DNA of 64,000 bases, taken from Myxococcota bacterium. Its GTDB lineage: Bacteria > Myxococcota_A > Polyangia > Polyangiales > Sandaracinaceae. Positions 20,769-31,366 of this stretch are shown here, in pieces. The DNA is taken from NCBI GenBank assembly GCA_036149055.1, contig JAYZQJ010000191.1:10643-74642 (forward strand), in the 5' to 3' direction. A program made the translations under genes and the position numbers. The notes beneath the pieces were generated by a model, which was not told the origin of the DNA, made no database searches, and was given only the letters and a program-made list of their open reading frames with translations. Position 1 is the stretch's first letter. Each line of letters opens with the position of its first letter.

Positions 20769-22460
20769 ATGCTCCCAGTACGGGGAGAGGCCGTGGGGGT
20801 AGAGGACGGAGTCGCGACATCCTGGAGAGAGCCCGCCCTTCGGCGCGCGATCGACTGGGTGCTCGCGCTCGGCTCGCTCGTCGCGCTGATGACGGCGGGC
20901 CTCGTCTGGGCTCAGGACCCGGCGGGGCTGCTCGCGCCTCCGTACCTCGCGATGATGCTCGCGTTCGGTGGCGTGCTGCTCGCGCGTCTCGGGCGCCTCT
21001 CGTTCTCCGCTCGGGCCCGGGTCTTCTCCGCGTCCATCGTGCTGATGGGCGGGCTGGCGCTGCTCAACTTCGGCCTCGCGCCGGGGCCCTTCGTGGCCCT
21101 GGCCCTGGCCTCGGTCACCGCGGGCGCCTTCCTCGGGAGGCTCGCGCTCGGGGTGACGCTCGCCGGCGGGACCCTCTCGGTGATCGCGGCGGGCTGGCTC
21201 GTCACCCGCGGGCACGTCGCGCCGGTCAGCGCCTCGTTCGTCGCGGGCGACATGCAGCACTGGGTCCGGGCCGCGGTCGAGTACGCGCTCTTCGGCGGCA
21301 GCGTCGCCGCGGTCCTCATGCAGCTCGTCGTGCAGCTCGAGCGGCGCGAGGTCGCCAAGGCGCGCGCGCAGCGGCTCGAGGCTCTCGGGCGATTGGCCGG
21401 CGGGGTCGCCCACGACTTCAACAACGCGCTCCAGGTGATCTTCGTCTGGCGCGAGCTGCTCGCCGAGCACGACGACGACGAGGTGCGGGAGGCGATGGAG
21501 GAGATCCACGCCTCGGCCGAGCAGGCGAGCCGCCTCACCGCGCAGCTCCTCGCCTTCGGCCGTCGCGACGTGTGGACGCCCCGCGCGCTGACGCTCGCCG
21601 AGGAGGTCTCGCGCTGGAGCGGCTCGGTGCGGCGGCTGCTCCCCGAGGACGTCGCGCTGGAGGTCCGGACCACGGCCTCCCCGACCGTGATGTGCGACCC
21701 CGGGCAGCTCGAGCAGATCCTGCTCAACCTCGTGGTCAACGCCCGTGACGCGATGCGGGGCGGCGGACGCGTCCTCATCGCGCTCGACGAGGTGGACGCC
21801 GACGAGGTCCCGGGGCGCGCGCTGCCGGCGGCGCGGATCGCGCGGCTGAGGGTCGAAGACGACGGCCCCGGCATGCCCGAGGACGTGCGTCAGCGGGTGT
21901 TCGAGCCGTTCTTCACCACCAAGGACGAGCTGGGCACCGGGCTCGGCCTGTCGATCGTCTACGCGGCGGTGCAGCGCGCGGGCGGCGCGGTGAGCGTCAG
22001 CTCCACGCCGGGCGAGGGGACGACCTTCTCGGTGTTCCTCCCGTGCGTCGCCGCGGAGGTGAGCGAGGAGGCGGAGAGGGCCTCGCGCCCGGCGCCGCAC
22101 ACGCACGAGGGCGTCGTCCTGCTCGCCGAGGACGAGGCCAACATTCGCAGGAGCCTCGCCGGCTGTCTGCGCGACGCCGGCTACACGGTGCTCGAGGCGG
22201 AGGACGGCGACCGCGCGATGGCCCAGGTGGAGTCGCACGACGGGCCGATCGACGTGCTCTGCACCGACGGCGTGATGCCCGGCGTGTCCACCCACAGCGT
22301 CATCCACCGCTACCTGGAGCTGCACCCGGAGGGGCGCGTCCTGATCTGCTCCGGACACGTCGACGAGGAGCTGGTCCGGCGGGATCTCGACGGGGATCAC
22401 CTCGAGCTGCTCCCCAAGCCCTTCGCGCCCAGCGAGCTCTTGAGGCGGCTGCGCGGTTGA
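20769..22460 (+). CDS. membrane hybrid sensor histidine kinase with C-terminal REC
   Basis: TM helices, AHDFNN, NLVVNARDAM, DDGPG, FFTTK, GTGLGL, LLAEDE...D...KP. Confidence 0.9.
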   Translation: MLPVRGEAVGVEDGVATSWREPALRRAIDWVLALGSLVALMTAGLVWAQDPAGLLAPPYLAMMLAFGGVLLARLGRLSFSARARVFSASIVLMGGLALLNFGLAPGPFVALALASVTAGAFLGRLALGVTLAGGTLSVIAAGWLVTRGHVAPVSASFVAGDMQHWVRAAVEYALFGGSVAAVLMQLVVQLERREVAKARAQRLEALGRLAGGVAHDFNNALQVIFVWRELLAEHDDDEVREAMEEIHASAEQASRLTAQLLAFGRRDVWTPRALTLAEEVSRWSGSVRRLLPEDVALEVRTTASPTVMCDPGQLEQILLNLVVNARDAMRGGGRVLIALDEVDADEVPGRALPAARIARLRVEDDGPGMPEDVRQRVFEPFFTTKDELGTGLGLSIVYAAVQRAGGAVSVSSTPGEGTTFSVFLPCVAAEVSEEAERASRPAPHTHEGVVLLAEDEANIRRSLAGCLRDAGYTVLEAEDGDRAMAQVESHDGPIDVLCTDGVMPGVSTHSVIHRYLELHPEGRVLICSGHVDEELVRRDLDGDHLELLPKPFAPSELLRRLRG

Positions 22461-22463
22461 TCG

Positions 22464-23906
22464 ATGCTCCGGGCGCCCGTGCGCATCGTCTGCATCGCCC
22501 TCCTGCTCGTCGCCTGTGGACCCTCGCGACCTCCGCTGACCCCGGAGACGCGCGCCGCCTATCACGACCTGCGCGTGTCCCCCGAGCGCTGCCGCGAGCC
22601 GGCGACCCCGGTGACCCGCGCCCAGGCGGTGCGCGACCTCGGGGTGCTCGAGCGGGTGCTGACCCGCGGCTACGCGGGCTACGGCCTCCACCCGCCCGAG
22701 CGGGTCGGCCGCGCCATCGCCGAGGCGCGCGCGTCGCTCCCCGACCAGACCCTGCCGCCGCGCGCCTTCCGGGAGCACGTGTTCCGTCACGTCGCCTTCC
22801 TCGACGACAACCACGTCGGGCTCTGGTTCTACGACGACGAGGGCCGTCACTTCCGGGCCACCAGCGAGCACCGGCAGGCCTACGTCGCCGACGCCCGGCT
22901 CACCCGGACCGACGCAGGCTTCGTCGACGCCGAGGGCCGGCGCCTCCTCGGCTGCGGAGACCACGCGCCCGCCTCGATCCTCCGCCCGGTCGCCGCGCCC
23001 CCCGCGATCACCTGGGCGCCGATCCTGCTCTCGCCGCTGCCGATCGAGTCGATCTCGTGCGCTCTCTCGGGCGACGTCGAGGTGACCTACCCGCTGCGCC
23101 GGCTCTCGCTCGGCCGCGGCGGCGGCGCGCCCTACGAGCGCCTCGAGGCCCCGTTCCCGTGGCTGCGCGTGCGCACGCTGGCCTACAGCCGGCGAGGCGC
23201 GCTCGAGGAGTTCGTCGCCAGCGCGACCGAGGTGCGCGACGCCCCGGTCGTCGTGCTCGATCTCCGCCGGGCGGGCGGCGGCAGCGATCGTTTCCTCGTG
23301 CGCTGGTTCCGCGACCTGACCTCGGCGGACCTCTCGTACTGGGCGGTCGAGGACGTGCGGAGCGAGGTCAACCTCCAGGGCGCGCTCAACTTCTGGGGCT
23401 GCGTGCGCTCCTTCAGCGGGGCGGACGCGGGCGGCCGCGAGTGGCTCGACGCGCGGGTCGGGCGGGCCGAGCGCGAGCTCGACGAGGCGATGCGCCAGCG
23501 CGGCCCCTTCCGCGACGTCCTGCCGGATCGCGTGACCCTCGACGGCCGGGCGCCGGGCCCGTTCGGCGGCCGGCTCATCGTGCTCGTCGACCGCGGCTGC
23601 GCGAGCGCCTGCGAGACCAGCGTGATGCTCGCCCGCCAGATCCCCGGCGCGATCGTCGTCGGCGAGAACACCGAGGGCACGATGAAGGTCGGCGAGCTCC
23701 GCTGGTACCGCCTGCCCGAGAGCGGCCTCTGGCTCAGCGCCGGCACCCGCGTCCACCGCGACCCCAACCCGAACGGCGGCTTCGCCGAGGGCCGCGGCTT
23801 CCTCCCCGATCTCTGGCTCGACGGCCGCGACGTCGACGGCACCGTGCGCGCCCTCGCCGAGTGCCTGACCGGGCCCGAGCCCGAGGCCTGCGTCCCGGCC
23901 CGATGA
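22464..23906 (+). CDS. S41-family peptidase lipoprotein
   Basis: LVAC lipobox; DLRRAGGG, CASACE, VVGENT, G..PD. Confidence 0.8.
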   Translation: MLRAPVRIVCIALLLVACGPSRPPLTPETRAAYHDLRVSPERCREPATPVTRAQAVRDLGVLERVLTRGYAGYGLHPPERVGRAIAEARASLPDQTLPPRAFREHVFRHVAFLDDNHVGLWFYDDEGRHFRATSEHRQAYVADARLTRTDAGFVDAEGRRLLGCGDHAPASILRPVAAPPAITWAPILLSPLPIESISCALSGDVEVTYPLRRLSLGRGGGAPYERLEAPFPWLRVRTLAYSRRGALEEFVASATEVRDAPVVVLDLRRAGGGSDRFLVRWFRDLTSADLSYWAVEDVRSEVNLQGALNFWGCVRSFSGADAGGREWLDARVGRAERELDEAMRQRGPFRDVLPDRVTLDGRAPGPFGGRLIVLVDRGCASACETSVMLARQIPGAIVVGENTEGTMKVGELRWYRLPESGLWLSAGTRVHRDPNPNGGFAEGRGFLPDLWLDGRDVDGTVRALAECLTGPEPEACVPAR

Positions 23907-23909
23907 GCG

Positions 23910-24875
23910 TCAGCGCCGGGCGTCGACCGCGAGGGTGGCGCCCGGGTCGGGACGCGCGCGTCCGGAGGCCCAAGGGGACGGGGTCACCATTCGGCGCAGC
24001 GCCTCCTCGATGACCGGGTTCCAGCTGATCCAGGAGTGGTTCCCGTCGTACTCGAGGTGCTCGTGCGGGACCTCGTTCTCCTCGAGGTGCGCGACGAAGC
24101 GCCGGGAGGTGTCCGCGATCGGGCCGCGGTCGGCGTCGCCCCAGGCGACCATCAGGCGCATGCCCTCGAGCGCGTCCGCGTCGCTCCAGCGGAGGAACGG
24201 GTCGTCGGCGCGCACCCGCGCGCGGGCCTCCTCGCCGTGGGTCGGGCCGAAGATGCGGTCCATCGGGATCATCGGTTGGAAGAGCGGGTTGCGCGCGAGG
24301 TTGATCATCTGCTCGGTGTCGAGCACCGGGGCGCTGATCATCGTCGCGCTCGCCCAGTCGTGGTGCAGCGCGAAGCGGATGGTGCCGGAGCCGCCCATCG
24401 AGACGCCCATGACGTGACACCAGTCCGGGCAGGGCAGGGTCTCGTAGTCGAAGGCGACGCGCGGCACGACCTCCCGCATGACCCAGTCCTCGTAGCCCGC
24501 GGACCCGTCGTACCAGTTCGCCCAGAAGCCGAGCTCGCCCTGCGGCATGACCATCACCACCCGAGGGATGCGCCCCGCGCGCGTGGCCTCGTCGAGCCGG
24601 GCGCTGAGCCCGTGGCGATCGAAGCTCGCCTCGTCGTCGCCCCCGCCGTGCAGGAAGACCACCAGCGGCAGCCGCTCGCCCCGCACGTAGCCGGGCGGCG
24701 TGTAGACCGCGTAGCGCATCGCGCGGCCGTTCATCGCTCGGCTCGAGAGCTCTCCATACGAAAGGCGCCGCTCGAAGCCCTGCCCACCGCAGGCCATCAG
24801 GAGCGCGAGCGCCAGCCCGACTCGAATGACGTTCCCCACAGGGGCCAGGTAGATCCAGGAGCCCCGGGCCGCCAA
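23910..24875 (-). CDS. alpha/beta-hydrolase esterase (start uncertain)
   Basis: VYTPPGY, FLHGGG, GVSMGG nucleophile elbow, GNHSW. Confidence 0.85.
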   Translation of the reverse strand: MAARGSWIYLAPVGNVIRVGLALALLMACGGQGFERRLSYGELSSRAMNGRAMRYAVYTPPGYVRGERLPLVVFLHGGGDDEASFDRHGLSARLDEATRAGRIPRVVMVMPQGELGFWANWYDGSAGYEDWVMREVVPRVAFDYETLPCPDWCHVMGVSMGGSGTIRFALHHDWASATMISAPVLDTEQMINLARNPLFQPMIPMDRIFGPTHGEEARARVRADDPFLRWSDADALEGMRLMVAWGDADRGPIADTSRRFVAHLEENEVPHEHLEYDGNHSWISWNPVIEEALRRMVTPSPWASGRARPDPGATLAVDARR

Positions 24876-24899
24876 TCGGTCGGGGCTCCCGGGGCGCGG

Positions 24900-25187
24900 T
24901 CAGAGCCAGCCCTGCTCCTGGCTCGTGATCGCGAACGTGACCTCCACGTCGCGGCCCTCTTCGTTCCGGAAGCGCACGGCCACCGTCTCGGCGTCCGCGT
25001 CGACCTCGACCTCGAGGTCGCCGTCCACCGCCTCGCCGCCGAAGGCCGCCACCGCCGCGCTCGAGACGTAGGTGTTCGAGCGCAGGGTCACGGGGCCGTC
25101 ATCGCAGGCCCCCTGCGTGATGCAGCCCGTCGCGCCGATCACGCCGCCGGTCAGCAGCCCGAGGATCACTCCGGTCCAGCGCCTCAT
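24900..25187 (-). CDS. small hypothetical lipoprotein
   Basis: ATGC lipobox; overlaps the upstream gene by 4 nt. Confidence 0.6.
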   Translation of the reverse strand: MRRWTGVILGLLTGGVIGATGCITQGACDDGPVTLRSNTYVSSAAVAAFGGEAVDGDLEVEVDADAETVAVRFRNEEGRDVEVTFAITSQEQGWL

Positions 25188-25462
25188 CGCGCCACCTCCT
25201 CGATCCAGATGTCGTCGAGCGCATCGTCGGCGTCCGGGTCGAGCGCCGCCTGGCCGTAGTCGGCCTGCCGCAGCACCGGAGCCGCGGGGGCGACGGCCTC
25301 GGGATCCTCCGCCCGCACGTTGCCGTCGTAGATCACCGAGACCACCTCGAGCGAGGCGTTGACGGAGGGAGGCCTGCAGGAGAGCGCGTCGGCGACGCCG
25401 GCGGCACCCATTGGCACGCCGAGCAAGGCTGAAAACACGAACAAAACGAGATGTCTAGGCAT
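25184..25462 (-). CDS. small secreted hypothetical protein
   Basis: MPRHLVLFVFSALLG signal peptide, ADALSC; GGAG RBS. Confidence 0.6.
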   Translation of the reverse strand: MPRHLVLFVFSALLGVPMGAAGVADALSCRPPSVNASLEVVSVIYDGNVRAEDPEAVAPAAPVLRQADYGQAALDPDADDALDDIWIEEVAR

Positions 25463-25475
25463 GGTCGTCTCCGCT

Positions 25476-25491
25476 TGCAGAGATCGGGCCA
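25476..25491 (-). promoter_or_regulatory. possible sigma54 -24/-12 element
   Basis: TGGCCCGATCTCTGCA (GG-N10-GC) upstream of ATG 25462. Confidence 0.3.
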
Positions 25492-25518
25492 TGCCGGGAG
25501 GCCGCGTCCGCTCGCTCG

Positions 25519-27156
25519 CTACCGGGCGGTCTCGGCCAGCCGCTGCTTCTCGGCCGCGCGGATGAAGCCGGCGAAGAAGAGGGCGATGAGCGGGCCGGCG
25601 AGGGTGGTCGCGAAGACGATCGTCCAGAGCAGCTCGGTGTTCTTCGGGCCGCTCTCCGGGCAGTAGGCGCCGATGAGGAAGCCGCTCATGACGCCGACGA
25701 GCGGCTTGGCCGCGAACATCGGGAGCTGGGTGAGGCCCATGTAGCTGGCCTCGCGGCCGGGGGGCGCCATCACCGCGACGTACTCGTAGAGCCGTGGTGA
25801 CCAGAGCGCCTCGCCGAAGCTCAGGACCACGATGAAGGCGATCGGGCCCGCCACCCGGTAGTCCACGCCGTCGCCGAGGAGAGGGCCGAGCCACGCCTCC
25901 GCCAGGCCTTCGATGGGGTGCTGCACGACCATGCAGAGGACCGACGCGGCGGTGATGAAGGAGCCGGTCATGATCACCGACCACGCGCTGTAGCGGCTCG
26001 TCATCGAGCCGATGATCGGCGTGATGGTCATGATCAGGAGCGGGTTGAGGGACCAGTAGGCGGCCTGAGGCGTGTCCTCGCCGAACTCGCGGATCATGTA
26101 GGTCGGCCAGGTGGAGTGGGCGTGCACGAAGATGGCGCGCACCAGGACGAGCACGCAGATGAACAGGAGGTAGGCCCAGAAGGTCTTCTCCTTGAAGAGC
26201 CCGACGCCGATCTTGGCCGCCTGGTTCAGCACCGCCCGGGCGCCGGTGCCGCCGCCGGGGAGCGCCGGCTTGGTCTCGGTGCGGAGCGTGCGCAGGAGGA
26301 GCAGCGAGATCACCGCGAGCCCGGCGGCGACCGCGAAGATCATCTCGTAGCCGCTCAGCCCGAAGGGGGCCGCGGGGAGCGCGCGCCCGGCGGCCTCGGC
26401 TTCGGCGGCGGCGCGGATGAGCTCGAGGTCGGCCTCGGTCCAGTGATCGAAGCTCCGGCCGCCGGTGATCATGCGCCCGAACGCGCGCACCGCGCCGTCG
26501 ACCTGCTCGACCTCGGGGCCGGCGGGGAACTGGGGCGTGAGCGACTCGGTGAGGGCGGCGCGCGCCGTCTCGGGGGCCGGGCCGACGCCGCCGTCCATCA
26601 GCTCGCCCGGACGGATCACCCGGCCGAGGAGCGAGATGCGCAGCCAGCTCACCACGTGGTTGGCGATGAAGGCGCCGAGGTTCATGACCACGTAGAAGAT
26701 CGAGTAGGCGAAGGCGCGGATCTTGGTGGGCGCGTGGGTCTTGATGGCGGCCGTCATGACCGGCTTCATCGAGGCCACCGCCCAGGCGCTGATGATCAGC
26801 CCGGCGAGCGGGATCGCCGCGACCTCGGAGCCCAGCAGCATCGCGCGGCCGATCACGGCGGTGAGCGCGGCGATGATGAGGGCCTTCCGCTGGCCCATCG
26901 CGTCGGCGACGAAGCCGGCGAGGAAGGTCAGGAGCGAGACCACCGTGCCCCAGGTCCCGAAGATGAGGCCGCTCACCTCGTCGGAGAACCGGAGGTCGTC
27001 GTGGAGGTAGAGGATCAGGACCGCGAGGACCGCGAAGTAGGAGATGCTCTCCAGGAGCTTCACCGCGTAGATGATCCAGAGGTCGCGGGGCGCGCCGAGC
27101 AGCCCGCGGAAGTCCTCGGCCATCCCTCGCATCAGGGGACGCTTCGCTTCGGCCAT
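25519..27156 (-). CDS. MFS transporter (POT/peptide-like)
   Basis: About 12 TM helices; GFVADAMG motif A, FYVVMNLG, SFGEALWSP, APPGREASYMG. Confidence 0.85.
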   Translation of the reverse strand: MAEAKRPLMRGMAEDFRGLLGAPRDLWIIYAVKLLESISYFAVLAVLILYLHDDLRFSDEVSGLIFGTWGTVVSLLTFLAGFVADAMGQRKALIIAALTAVIGRAMLLGSEVAAIPLAGLIISAWAVASMKPVMTAAIKTHAPTKIRAFAYSIFYVVMNLGAFIANHVVSWLRISLLGRVIRPGELMDGGVGPAPETARAALTESLTPQFPAGPEVEQVDGAVRAFGRMITGGRSFDHWTEADLELIRAAAEAEAAGRALPAAPFGLSGYEMIFAVAAGLAVISLLLLRTLRTETKPALPGGGTGARAVLNQAAKIGVGLFKEKTFWAYLLFICVLVLVRAIFVHAHSTWPTYMIREFGEDTPQAAYWSLNPLLIMTITPIIGSMTSRYSAWSVIMTGSFITAASVLCMVVQHPIEGLAEAWLGPLLGDGVDYRVAGPIAFIVVLSFGEALWSPRLYEYVAVMAPPGREASYMGLTQLPMFAAKPLVGVMSGFLIGAYCPESGPKNTELLWTIVFATTLAGPLIALFFAGFIRAAEKQRLAETAR

Positions 27157-27205
27157 GCGCGCGGGACCATAGTGCGCGCGGGGAGGGCGATCTACCCTCC
27201 GCCCG

Positions 27206-27685
27206 ATGACCAAGGCGGAGATCGTGGCCGCGGCGAGGGCGCAGATCCAGCGGGATCTCGGCCGGATGCGCGGCTGGGCGGAGGAGACCCGGCGAGCGGC
27301 GACCCACGAGGAGGCGCGGCCCGAGAACGACAAGGACACCCGGGGCCTCGAGCAGAGCTACCTCGCGCGCGGCCAGGCCATGCGCGCCGAGGAGCTGGCC
27401 GAGGCCGACGAGCGCCTCCGCTTCCTGACGCTGCGGAGCTACCGCCCCGACGACCCCATCGGCCTCGCCGCGCTGGTGAAGGTGGAGGTCGACGAGGAGC
27501 CTCGCACCTACTTCCTCGCGCCGGTCGGCGGCGGCATCGAGGTCGAGCTCGACGGTGAGCGCGTGCAGCTCGTCACCCCCGCCTCCCCCCTCGGCCGCGC
27601 CCTGGTCGACAAACACGTCGACGACGAGTTCGAGCTCCGCCTCGCCGGCCGCGTCCGCGAGGTGATCGTCACCGATCTCGAATAG
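27206..27685 (+). CDS. GreA/GreB-family elongation factor-like protein
   Basis: N-terminal coiled coil ENDKDTRGLEQSYLARGQ; C-terminal VTPASPLGRAL. Confidence 0.8.
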   Translation: MTKAEIVAAARAQIQRDLGRMRGWAEETRRAATHEEARPENDKDTRGLEQSYLARGQAMRAEELAEADERLRFLTLRSYRPDDPIGLAALVKVEVDEEPRTYFLAPVGGGIEVELDGERVQLVTPASPLGRALVDKHVDDEFELRLAGRVREVIVTDLE

Positions 27686-27704
27686 CCGGTCTCCATTCGG
27701 GGGC

Positions 27705-28376
27705 TCAGAGGGGGCAGATGATGTCTTCGCTGCGCCAGGCTCCGTCGGTGCAGGTGAGGCTCGCCTGGGTGCCGATCGAGCAGGTTCCGTAGTCGCAGAC
27801 GAGGCCTTCGTCGCCGCACGCGGCGCCGGCGTTCGGGGTCTCGCGGGGGCAGCGCTCGTCGGCGGGGGCGGTCGTGCAGTCCCACATCGGGGTGCCGCCG
27901 CAGGGGCCGCCGAAGCAGTTGGTGCAGCCGCAGGCGCTGTCTCCGTACTCGCAGTACGTGCCCTCCATGCCTTCGCAGCCATCCACCGCGCCGGGCATCT
28001 CGGCCGGGCATCCGCTCCGCTCGAGCGGCGCGCAGTCCGGCATCTCCGCCGTCCAGCTCCCGTCGGTGCACGTCGCGCGGTCCCGGCAGGAGAGGCGCGG
28101 GTCGTCCCCGTAGCTGCACACCAGCCCGGGCTCGTCGCACGATCCGCCGCTCGGGAGCGACGCCGGGCAGGGGCCGCTCGGGCCCGCGTCGGTCACCACC
28201 CCGCCGTCGTCGGCGCTCCCGCCGTCCTCCGGCTCGCCCGCGTCCTCGCCGACGGTGCCCGCGTCTCGCCCGGCGTCCATCTCGGCGACGCCGCCGTCCG
28301 TCCCCGCGTCGGCCGGCGGGCTCTCACCGTCGCACCCCAACGTCAGCAGCAGCACCAGACACGCCCAAGCTCTCAT
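27705..28376 (-). CDS. Cys-rich lipoprotein with DAG linker and three short Cys repeats
   Basis: LTLGC lipobox; DAG repeats; three CP...G..C....C.YG units. Confidence 0.75.
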   Translation of the reverse strand: MRAWACLVLLLTLGCDGESPPADAGTDGGVAEMDAGRDAGTVGEDAGEPEDGGSADDGGVVTDAGPSGPCPASLPSGGSCDEPGLVCSYGDDPRLSCRDRATCTDGSWTAEMPDCAPLERSGCPAEMPGAVDGCEGMEGTYCEYGDSACGCTNCFGGPCGGTPMWDCTTAPADERCPRETPNAGAACGDEGLVCDYGTCSIGTQASLTCTDGAWRSEDIICPL

Positions 28377-28452
28377 GGGGACAGGGTGCGCAATCCTCCG
28401 CTCTCGATGCAAGAGAGGCGCGGCCGTTGTACCGCGGCGCGCGCCGCACTAC

Positions 28453-29691
28453 ATGAGCCTGGTGACCGACCGACCCTTCGACGTCGTCCTCTGGGGCGCC
28501 ACCGGCTTCACCGGCCAGCTCGTCGCCGAGTACCTGGTGAAGCACCACCTCGCCGACGGGCTGAAGCTCGCCCTCGCCGGCCGCAACGAGGCCAAGCTCG
28601 CCGAGGTCCGCGCCGGGCTCGGGCCCGCGGCGAAGGACCTGCCGCTGCTGCTCGGCGACAGCTTCGACGAGGAGGCGCTCTCGTCGATCGCGCAGCGCGC
28701 GAAGGTCGTCTGCACCACCGTCGGCCCCTACGCGAAGTACGGCGAGGCGCTCGTCGACGCCTGCGTGCGCCACGGGACGCACTACTGCGACCTCACCGGC
28801 GAGACGCCCTTCATCCGCCGCATGATCGACCGCCACCACGAGGCGGCGAAGAAGTCCGGCGCGCGCATCGTGCACTGCTGCGGCTTCGACTCGATCCCGA
28901 GCGACCTCGGCACCTGGATGATGCAGGAGGGCATGAAGGAGCGGCACGGCGTCTACGCCAAGGAGGTCCGCTTCTACGCCGGCGAGAGCAAGGGCGGCTT
29001 CAGCGGCGGCACGCTCGCCAGCATGATGAACCTGATGAAGGAGGCGCGCCGCGATCCTTCGGTCCGCAAGATCCTCGGCCACCCCTACGCGCTCAACCCC
29101 GAGGGCGAGCGGAAGGGCCCCGACGGCTCCGACCCGATGGGCGTCGCCAAGGACCCCTACCTCGAGCTCTGGACCGGGCCGTTCGTCATGGCCTCGATCA
29201 ACACCCGGGTCGTGCGCCGCTCCCACGCGCTCCGCGGCTATCCCTGGGGCGAGGACTTCCGCTACTCCGAGCGCATGACCTTCGGCAAGGGCGCCAAGGG
29301 GCGCGTCGCCGCCACCGCGGTCGCCGGAGGCCTGGCCGCGTTCGTCGGCGCGGCGACCCTCGACGTCGGTCGCAAGGCGCTCGAGAAGATCCTCCCCTCG
29401 CCCGGCGAGGGCCCGGACGCTCAGGCGCGGCAGGAGGGCTACTTCAAGATCCGCTTCGTCGCGCTCGCGGACACGGATCGCGGCGAGGTGGAGCTGCGAG
29501 GCCTGGTCGTCGGGCAGAACGACCCCGGCTACGGCGAGACCTCCAAGATGCTCGGCGAGAGCGCGATGTGCCTCGCCAAGGACGAGCTCGACAGCGAGCC
29601 CGGGGTGACCACCCCGTCGGTGGCCATGGGCCCGCAGCTCATCCAGCGGCTCCGCCGCGCCGGCATGACCTTCGAGGTCAGCGAGTCTTGA
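28453..29691 (+). CDS. saccharopine dehydrogenase-like / trans-acting enoyl reductase
   Basis: GATGFTG, AGR, VGPY, YCDLTGE, GFDSIPSDLG, DPGY. Confidence 0.88.
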   Translation: MSLVTDRPFDVVLWGATGFTGQLVAEYLVKHHLADGLKLALAGRNEAKLAEVRAGLGPAAKDLPLLLGDSFDEEALSSIAQRAKVVCTTVGPYAKYGEALVDACVRHGTHYCDLTGETPFIRRMIDRHHEAAKKSGARIVHCCGFDSIPSDLGTWMMQEGMKERHGVYAKEVRFYAGESKGGFSGGTLASMMNLMKEARRDPSVRKILGHPYALNPEGERKGPDGSDPMGVAKDPYLELWTGPFVMASINTRVVRRSHALRGYPWGEDFRYSERMTFGKGAKGRVAATAVAGGLAAFVGAATLDVGRKALEKILPSPGEGPDAQARQEGYFKIRFVALADTDRGEVELRGLVVGQNDPGYGETSKMLGESAMCLAKDELDSEPGVTTPSVAMGPQLIQRLRRAGMTFEVSES

Positions 29692-30673
29692 TGACGATCT
29701 TGCCGCGGGCCCGGCCGGTCTCGCTGTAGGCGTGGGCCTCGGCGATCTCGTCGAGCTCGAACACCCGGTCCACCACCGGGCGGATCGCGCCGGCCTCGAT
29801 GCGGCGCGTGATCTGCGCGAGGAGCGCCCCGCTGCTCTCGCGGAGCACGTGGTGCACGCCCACCCCGCGCAGCCAGCCGCGCAGGGTGATGCTCGCGAGC
29901 TGCCCGACCGCGATCGGCGCCCCGAGCACCACGCCGTACTTCTTCGTCGCCGCGGGGAAGCCGCCGATCATCGTGCTGAGGTGCCCGCCCCGCTTCAGCA
30001 CCTTCAGCGAGCGGTCGCGGGTCTCGCCGCCGAGCGCGTCGAGCACGAAGTCTTGCTTCTCCAGCACCTCCTCGAAGCGCTCCTCGCGGTAGTCGACGTG
30101 GCGGTCGGCGCCGAGCGAGAGCACGAGCTGTCGGTTCCTGGCGCTGCAGGTCGTCGCGACCTCGGCCCCGAGCTCCTTCGCGAGCTGGATCGCGAAGGTC
30201 CCCACACCGCCCGAGCCCGCGTGCACGAGCGCGCGATCGCCGCGCTTGAGCCGCCCCTTCACCACCAGCGCGTCCCAGGCGGTGAGCCCCACGAGCGGGA
30301 TCGACGCCGCCTCCTCGTGGGTCAGCCCGCGCGGCTTGCGCGCCACCACCCGCTCGTCGACCGCGAGCTGCTCGGCGTAGCAGCCGGGGCGCCGGTGCGT
30401 GGGTGAGCCGTAGACCGCGTCGCCCACCCGGAAGACGGTCACGTCCCGGCCCACCGCGGTCACCACGCCGCTGAAGTCCAGCCCCAGCGTCCAGGGGAGC
30501 CGGTAGTGGATGAGCGCGCGCTGGCCGCCGCTCCGGATCTTCACGTCGACCGGGTTCACGCTCGAGGCGTGCACGTCGACGAGGAGATCGCGCGGCCCGG
30601 GCGTCGGCGCGGGGACGTCGTCGACCTGGAGGACCTCGGGCGGTCCGTAGCGATGGATGCGAGCCGCGCGCAT
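29678..30673 (-). CDS. NADP-dependent MDR (quinone oxidoreductase-like)
   Basis: SVNPVD, LGLDFSG, AGSGGVG, RARGKIVI. Confidence 0.9.
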   Translation of the reverse strand: MRAARIHRYGPPEVLQVDDVPAPTPGPRDLLVDVHASSVNPVDVKIRSGGQRALIHYRLPWTLGLDFSGVVTAVGRDVTVFRVGDAVYGSPTHRRPGCYAEQLAVDERVVARKPRGLTHEEAASIPLVGLTAWDALVVKGRLKRGDRALVHAGSGGVGTFAIQLAKELGAEVATTCSARNRQLVLSLGADRHVDYREERFEEVLEKQDFVLDALGGETRDRSLKVLKRGGHLSTMIGGFPAATKKYGVVLGAPIAVGQLASITLRGWLRGVGVHHVLRESSGALLAQITRRIEAGAIRPVVDRVFELDEIAEAHAYSETGRARGKIVIKTR

Positions 30674-30765
30674 GCGGGCCGAGCCTACTCAGCGCCGCCG
30701 CCCCTCACCACGAAGAAAGCGCGTAACGGACCCGGCGGCCCCGCATACGGCACGTCGGAGACCCC

Positions 30766-31326
30766 ATGCACCTCGAGGATCGCAGCGACGAAGCGCTGAT
30801 GGCGGCCTACCTGGCGGGCGACCAGGCCGCGCACCGGGCCCTCTTCGACCGGCTGGCCCCGGTCCTGACCGCGCTCATCCGCCGGCAGCTCCGGGACGAG
30901 GCCGAGGCGGAGGACGTGCTCCAGCGGACCTTCCTGGCGATGCACCGGGCCCGCCACGACTTCCGCCCCGGCGCCAGGGTGCGGCCCTGGGTCTTCACCA
31001 TCGCGATGAACCTGGTCCGGGACACCTTCCGCCGCCGCAAGCGACGCCGGGAGAGCCCCCTCGAGCTCGACGGTCGCCACGATCCGGTGGTCTGGTCCCA
31101 CAGCGGGCTCGAGCGGGCCGAGGAGGCGGCGCTGGTGCGCCGGGCGATCGCGAGCCTGCCCCGGGATCAGCGCCGGGCGGTCGAGCTGCACTGGCTCGAG
31201 GAGCGGCCCTTCGCCGAGATCGCCGAGCTGGTCGGCGCGAGCGTGAGCGCGGTGAAGGTGCGCGCCCACCGCGGATACAAGAAGATGAAGCGCTGGCTCG
31301 AAACCGAGACCGAGCTGCGGGCGTAG
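30766..31326 (+). CDS. ECF RNA polymerase sigma factor
   Basis: AEDVLQ, WVFTIAMN, EIAE...SAVKVRAHRG. Confidence 0.92.
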   Translation: MHLEDRSDEALMAAYLAGDQAAHRALFDRLAPVLTALIRRQLRDEAEAEDVLQRTFLAMHRARHDFRPGARVRPWVFTIAMNLVRDTFRRRKRRRESPLELDGRHDPVVWSHSGLERAEEAALVRRAIASLPRDQRRAVELHWLEERPFAEIAELVGASVSAVKVRAHRGYKKMKRWLETETELRA

Positions 31327-31366
31327 GGAGGCCTGCGCTCCCGGCGACCGTCCGAGCGCCCACGCC